Shown here piece by piece: positions 16,491 through 20,760 of a stretch of 20,760 nucleotides of DNA (position 1 is the first letter of the stretch; every line of letters begins with the position of its first letter). Under the pieces are notes generated by a model. That model was given only the letters and a program-made list of their open reading frames with translations. It did not search any database and had not been told where the DNA came from. This DNA is from Candidatus Heimdallarchaeota archaeon. Lineage in GTDB: Archaea > Asgardarchaeota > Heimdallarchaeia > Heimdallarchaeales > Heimdallarchaeaceae. A program made the translations under genes and the position numbers. Location of the stretch: positions 1-20,760 of the forward strand of contig JAAFKJ010000089.1 of assembly GCA_021399395.1 (NCBI GenBank), written 5' to 3'.

Positions 16491-16546
16491 CAAATAAAAC
16501 TTACCCCTAATTATCTTTTTTGATTATAAATAAAGGAAAATGGAGT

Positions 16547-17545
16547 TTATCCACTTACTGCTGATAAGAAATTTGGATTTAGTATGAATGTTGGGATAAC
16601 GATAGCCAGATTAACTGCTATAAGAATGAAATAAGCAACTTTATTCCAGCTTAATATTTTCTTACCATCCAATTGCCAGATAGGAATACAATTGAATAAA
16701 GCTATTAAGCCATTGAACTGAGCAACAAGGATGAAGATGTTGGGAACACCCCAGAGGCCATACATAGCTAGAGGCCCAACCAATCCAACTGCATAGCCAC
16801 TATAAGTTAGAAATCCTATAATCAAACTTATACTTCCTATAACAGCATTAATTGCGGGTCCCGCAAAAGCAACTAAACCAAGATCTCTCTTGTCCATTTG
16901 TCTGCTCATTGGAACAATTGCTACAAAACCTGGAACGATCAGACCAATTCCTAACACAAGTGTAAGTAATGTAAACAGCATTCCTCTAACCCAGAGAATA
17001 TACCTGGCAAACTGACCTTTTTTGATTGCTACAAACTTGTGAGCTAATTCGTGGGGTAAAAATGCTGTGCCAACCAATATAGCTGCTATTGCAAACCCCC
17101 ACCATTTATTAGTACCTTCCTCAGCTCTGATGAATTGGAAGAAGCCGAAAACAAGAACTATCATTGCAAAACCAGCAAGTATATCCAAAATTTCATTTCC
17201 TAAAGAAAACATCTCTCCTGAAGCAGTGAGTCTTTTTGCAATGAAATCCTTCTTACTTTTTTCATCTGGAAAGTGCATTGGTTGCTGAGCTTGAGCTTGT
17301 TGTTGAGCTGCTTGCTGTGCTACTTGAGCAACACCGTATGCTATCTTACGCATAACATCCTCTGCTCTAACTTGACCTTGGGGAGACCCTTGTTGTGTCC
17401 CTTGTGTAGATTGTTGTGGTTGTTTTAATGATGGACAACTATGTCTGTTGGCATCTCTGTGTTGCTGACAAAATGATCCTCTGCAGAATCTACAGTAGAA
17501 TAGAATATCGGCTTCAGTATTGCACTGGGGATGTTCACATTTCAT
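16547..17545 (-). CDS. Site-2 protease (M50 family) with N-terminal AN1-type zinc finger and Q-rich linker
   Basis: CEHPQC-x9-CRFC-x4-CQQH-x5-HSC (AN1), QQAAQQQAQAQQ linker, HELAH (HExxH), AGPAIN, FNCIPIWQLDG (NxxPxxxLDG). Confidence 0.92.
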   Translation of the reverse strand: MKCEHPQCNTEADILFYCRFCRGSFCQQHRDANRHSCPSLKQPQQSTQGTQQGSPQGQVRAEDVMRKIAYGVAQVAQQAAQQQAQAQQPMHFPDEKSKKDFIAKRLTASGEMFSLGNEILDILAGFAMIVLVFGFFQFIRAEEGTNKWWGFAIAAILVGTAFLPHELAHKFVAIKKGQFARYILWVRGMLFTLLTLVLGIGLIVPGFVAIVPMSRQMDKRDLGLVAFAGPAINAVIGSISLIIGFLTYSGYAVGLVGPLAMYGLWGVPNIFILVAQFNGLIALFNCIPIWQLDGKKILSWNKVAYFILIAVNLAIVIPTFILNPNFLSAVSG

Positions 17546-17680
17546 TAGAATAATCACATGATTGTGTGTTAAGGCTCAAAGAACATGGGCATTTTAGAAC
17601 GTATCTATTTGACAAACAATTACGGGTCTCAAACCATCTCCATCAAGTTGTCCATCCACTCCAATGTTTTCTATAGCTAT

Positions 17681-17696
17681 GAAAATACTTTTTAAG
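17681..17696 (+). promoter_or_regulatory. Putative BRE/TATA promoter of fhs
   Basis: GAAAATAC followed by TTTTTAAG, about 50 bp upstream of ATG 17746. Confidence 0.45.
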
Positions 17697-17745
17697 TGAA
17701 ACCAGAAAAAAAGTTCAATTAACAATCGCTACGTTGATGATTATT

Positions 17746-19437
17746 ATGAAGAAAGATATCGAAATAGCTCAAGAAAAAGCTAAAGATATGAAAAATATCA
17801 AGGAAATTGCTGCCAAGGTAGGTTTAGAAGAAGATGACCTAGAGCAATTCGGAAAGCATGTTGCTAAGATAAATTATCAAACCATGCTTAAGATACTAAA
17901 TTCTGACAAACCAAATGGAAAATTGATTGCTGTAACAGCAATGACAGCCTCAAGAGCTGGTGAAGGAAAGACAGTTACAACTATTGGTCTATCCCAAGCA
18001 ATGCAAAAGATAGGCAAGAGTGTAATGTTCGCACTTAGAGAACCAAGTATGGGTCCAACCTTTGGTATCAAAGGAGGAGCTACAGGTGGAGGATACTCTC
18101 AAGTGTTCCCAATGTGGGACATAAATCTGCACTTTACTGGAGATATACATGCTATTACTTCTGCACATAATTTACTTGCAGCTTTGGTGGATAACCATTT
18201 GACAAAAGGCAATAAATGTAACATTGATCCAACAAAAGTAACCTGGCCAAGAAGCATGGATATGAACGATAGGGCATTAAGAGATATAATCACTGGTCTT
18301 GGTGGAAGAAGAATGGGTGGAGATATAAGAAACACAGGTTTCGTAATTACCGCTGCTTCGGAAATTATGGCAATATTAGCCTTATCTGCTAATGTTGGTG
18401 ATCTAAAAGACAGACTAGGAAGTATTCTAGTTGGTTATACCTATGACGACAAACCAGTTTTTGCACGAGACATAAGCGCTGTAGGTGCAATGACATTAAT
18501 ACTAAAAGATGCTATAAAACCAAACCTAGTACAAAACTTTGAAGGCGTACCAGGGTTCATTCACGCAGGCCCCTTCGCAAATATAGCACACGGTAACTCC
18601 TCAGTTGTTGGTACCAAACTTGCCTTAAAGCTTGCTGACTATACCATCACTGAAGGTGGCTTTGCCGCTGATCTTGGTTTTGAAAAGTTTGTTGATATTG
18701 TCGCTCGACAGTATGATACCTTACCTAACGCTGTTGTTCTTGTAATCACAGCTCGTGCTCTCAAGATGCATGGTGGTATCAGTGATTTAGATCAAGCTAA
18801 AGAAAAGAACATCGAAGCTCTTGAGAAAGGATTCGAGAATGTCGAAAAACATCTTGACAACATGCTCAATGTTTTCAACATCCCTCCAGTTGTTGCTATC
18901 AACAGATTCCCATTTGATAATGATGAAGAAATGGCTTGGATTAAACAAAAATGTGAAGCAATAGGTGTAACCGCTGCTGAAAGTCAAGTCTTTATGAAAG
19001 GTGGAGAAGGTGGAATTGAACTAGCAGAAGCTGTTTTAGCTGCCATTGAAAAAGGTGCAGGAGATGTCAAATTCGCTTATGAATTCTCTGATCCTATCAA
19101 AACCAAAATCGAAAAAATCGCTACTAAGGTTTATGGTGCTGAAGACGTCGAATACTCACCACAAGCTCTTCAAGATATAGCTTCCATCGAAAAGCTCGGT
19201 TTTGCTGACTTTCCTCTTTGTATGGCTAAGACCCAATTGAGTCTTTCAGATAAAGTTGGTCTCATGGGTGCTCCTAAAGGTTGGACACTTAACGTCGATG
19301 AGGTCAGATTATACACCGGTGCTCGTTTTATTGTTCCAATCTGTGGTAGAATGTTCTTGATGCCTGGATTACCTCCAGTTCCATCCGCTAATAAAATGGA
19401 CTATACCGAAGATGGGGATATTATAGGGTTAAACTAG
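17746..19437 (+). CDS. fhs: Formate--tetrahydrofolate ligase
   Basis: DIEIAQ, GEGKTVTTIG, LREPSMGPTFGIKGGATGGGYSQV, INLHFTGDIHAI, GPFANIAHGNSS, CMAKTQLSLS, MPGLP. Confidence 0.97.
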   Translation: MKKDIEIAQEKAKDMKNIKEIAAKVGLEEDDLEQFGKHVAKINYQTMLKILNSDKPNGKLIAVTAMTASRAGEGKTVTTIGLSQAMQKIGKSVMFALREPSMGPTFGIKGGATGGGYSQVFPMWDINLHFTGDIHAITSAHNLLAALVDNHLTKGNKCNIDPTKVTWPRSMDMNDRALRDIITGLGGRRMGGDIRNTGFVITAASEIMAILALSANVGDLKDRLGSILVGYTYDDKPVFARDISAVGAMTLILKDAIKPNLVQNFEGVPGFIHAGPFANIAHGNSSVVGTKLALKLADYTITEGGFAADLGFEKFVDIVARQYDTLPNAVVLVITARALKMHGGISDLDQAKEKNIEALEKGFENVEKHLDNMLNVFNIPPVVAINRFPFDNDEEMAWIKQKCEAIGVTAAESQVFMKGGEGGIELAEAVLAAIEKGAGDVKFAYEFSDPIKTKIEKIATKVYGAEDVEYSPQALQDIASIEKLGFADFPLCMAKTQLSLSDKVGLMGAPKGWTLNVDEVRLYTGARFIVPICGRMFLMPGLPPVPSANKMDYTEDGDIIGLN

Positions 19438-19442
19438 TAACC

Positions 19443-20760
19443 CTACAACTCTTTTCTTTTTCTTTTGATTTTTTGTGATATTATTGAAATCATTATTAAT
19501 CCAGATATTGTTAGATTGTTAATCCATGAGGTTAAATCTGTCTCGGATGGATTAGATGTTGCAGGTTCACAAGGAAGTGGGAATGAATGACTCGCTATTT
19601 GATACTCAATTTTTCCTCCTATCATTGTAAGCATAACTTCAATATCCTTAAGATCATCAGCATTAATTGTTAGAGGATCAGCTGATAGAATGATTATATC
19701 TGCATATTTACCAACTTCCAAAGAACCGATATAATCCTCTTGTTTAACTGCATACGCTCCTTCTATTGTCATCATTCTTAGCGCTTGTTCAACTGTTATA
19801 GTATGATTTGATATCCAAGGATCGGGTTCATGTATTGTTCCATTTTCATCTATTGCTTTTCTAGTGACTAATCCCCATAGATGCAGAAATGGATTGATAT
19901 TTCGAGTGTGACTTAGGTTATCAGGATCAAATCCATTCCAAGTAAAATCAGTTTCTAAGTAAGAATGGATTCCTAATCCTGGAAGTGAATATCTGTTCAT
20001 ATACCATGCTTGCCAAGTAGAGTTGAAAAGCTCTTCATATTCTTTTTGCCAATATGTTGGGAAATACCCTCTTATGGAATGAACGGTATCAAGATTTTGG
20101 GATTTGATGATTAAATCACCTCTTATGAAACTGTTGTGTTCGATTTGATGTCTCGCATATTCGTCAGTAGACCCATTAAGTGCATACTCTAATGAATTCA
20201 ACACAGTTTGAATAGCTCGATCTCCCATTGAATGAAATGCACAAATGAAACCTCGATCATGAATTGCATCAACAGTTGCGTTCAACACAGTTTGATTGAA
20301 ATACAAATTACCATAAGGGTCTCTAGCTCCCCAAGCATCTATCATTTCTTGAGAGTAAGCTATGGTCATCGCTGGATGACCTCTGTTACCCCCTGCACCA
20401 TCAGTATAGAATTTTATTCCTGGAATTCGTAGTTTCAAATGATTATCTAGAACTGGGTCCATATCTGGTGGCCAATGATCTACAAGCACAGTTTCATTGT
20501 CTTCTAGCCAAGCATAATTGTAGATCAAAAAACAATTTATCCGTAATCGAAGATTGTCATTTTGTTCTGCTTCTTGAAACCATGTTAGCTCACCACCGTC
20601 AACACTTTTTTCGTTCAATGTTGTGTAACCATGAGATAACGCAAGGTTCTGTGACTCATAGATATTAGCAGTTTCTCCTATCCAAAACAATGAAGCCATG
20701 TAATGGGTGTGACCATCTACTATCCCAGGCATAATTGTTCGTCCTTCGAGATTATAACAT
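19443..20760 (-). CDS. Amidohydrolase_3 (YtcJ/NfdA-like) metallo-hydrolase with C-terminal membrane anchor (5' end outside window)
   Basis: The frame stays open to the window edge (..CYNLEGRTIMPGIVDGHTH). Motifs GIKFYTDG, HSMGD, QIEH, GSLEVGKYADIIIL, TMIGGKI. C-terminal hydrophobic helix followed by a basic tail. Confidence 0.92.
   Translation of the reverse strand, partial: CYNLEGRTIMPGIVDGHTHYMASLFWIGETANIYESQNLALSHGYTTLNEKSVDGGELTWFQEAEQNDNLRLRINCFLIYNYAWLEDNETVLVDHWPPDMDPVLDNHLKLRIPGIKFYTDGAGGNRGHPAMTIAYSQEMIDAWGARDPYGNLYFNQTVLNATVDAIHDRGFICAFHSMGDRAIQTVLNSLEYALNGSTDEYARHQIEHNSFIRGDLIIKSQNLDTVHSIRGYFPTYWQKEYEELFNSTWQAWYMNRYSLPGLGIHSYLETDFTWNGFDPDNLSHTRNINPFLHLWGLVTRKAIDENGTIHEPDPWISNHTITVEQALRMMTIEGAYAVKQEDYIGSLEVGKYADIIILSADPLTINADDLKDIEVMLTMIGGKIEYQIASHSFPLPCEPATSNPSETDLTSWINNLTISGLIMISIISQKIKRKRKEL
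19451..19474 (+). terminator. Putative oligo-T terminator for fhs, overlapping the 3' end of the convergent amidohydrolase gene
   Basis: CTTTTCTTTTTCTTTTGATTTTTT begins 14 bp after the fhs stop. The opposite strand encodes the KIKRKRK tail. Confidence 0.4.

Noticed and set aside
17280-17425. Repetitive TGC/TGT tracts resembling a microsatellite or CRISPR-like repeat
   Set aside because: They simply encode the Gln-rich linker of the AN1-protease and show no regular repeat-spacer period.
17558-17745. Possible THF or ZTP riboswitch upstream of fhs, with GATGG repeats on the minus strand
   Set aside because: No recognisable aptamer consensus or stable pairing seen. The region is explained by divergent promoters.
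1402-20668. Short ORFs nested in or antisense to recognised genes (e.g. 3290..3547, 6834..7079, 8604..8948, 12303..12734, 15448..15654, 17877..18335, 20232..20668)
   Set aside because: They overlap well-supported CDSs, have no motifs, and have compositions that mirror the real coding strand.

Overview
AT-rich archaeal chromosomal window with dense coding, GGTGA-type ribosome-binding sites and TATA-like promoters. The gene content points by inference to an Asgard archaeon, probably Heimdallarchaeia: a Rab/Ras-like small GTPase, an EMC6/C20orf24-like membrane protein, archaeal RqcH/NEMF, an archaetidylinositol-phosphate-synthase-like enzyme, type-2 IDI and an AN1-finger-fused site-2 protease. 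Left to right: oppC-like (partial, missed by the ORF track), oppB-like, LolD/MacB-type ABC ATPase, long coiled-coil protein, double-zinc-ribbon membrane protein, small GTPase with coiled-coil partner, two small paralog-like helical proteins, CDP-alcohol phosphatidyltransferase, degenerate Mrr-like protein, 2-TM protein, EMC6-like protein, rqcH, CBS/Mut7-C/AMMECR1 operon, degenerate ThiI-like THUMP protein, truncated TFS/RpoM-like protein, fni, an intergenic double-guide box C/D sRNA, AN1-M50 protease, fhs, and a C-terminally anchored amidohydrolase (partial). The strongest unannotated signal is the C/D sRNA on the minus strand at about 16426-16490. Its two guides match neighbouring LSU rRNA sites (H69 and H71), and one is predicted to methylate the A1913-equivalent, the site modified in eukaryotes by snR63/SNORD46. 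Also notable are several nucleic-acid enzymes that appear to have lost their catalytic motifs. No mobile element, CRISPR array, tRNA or rRNA was seen.
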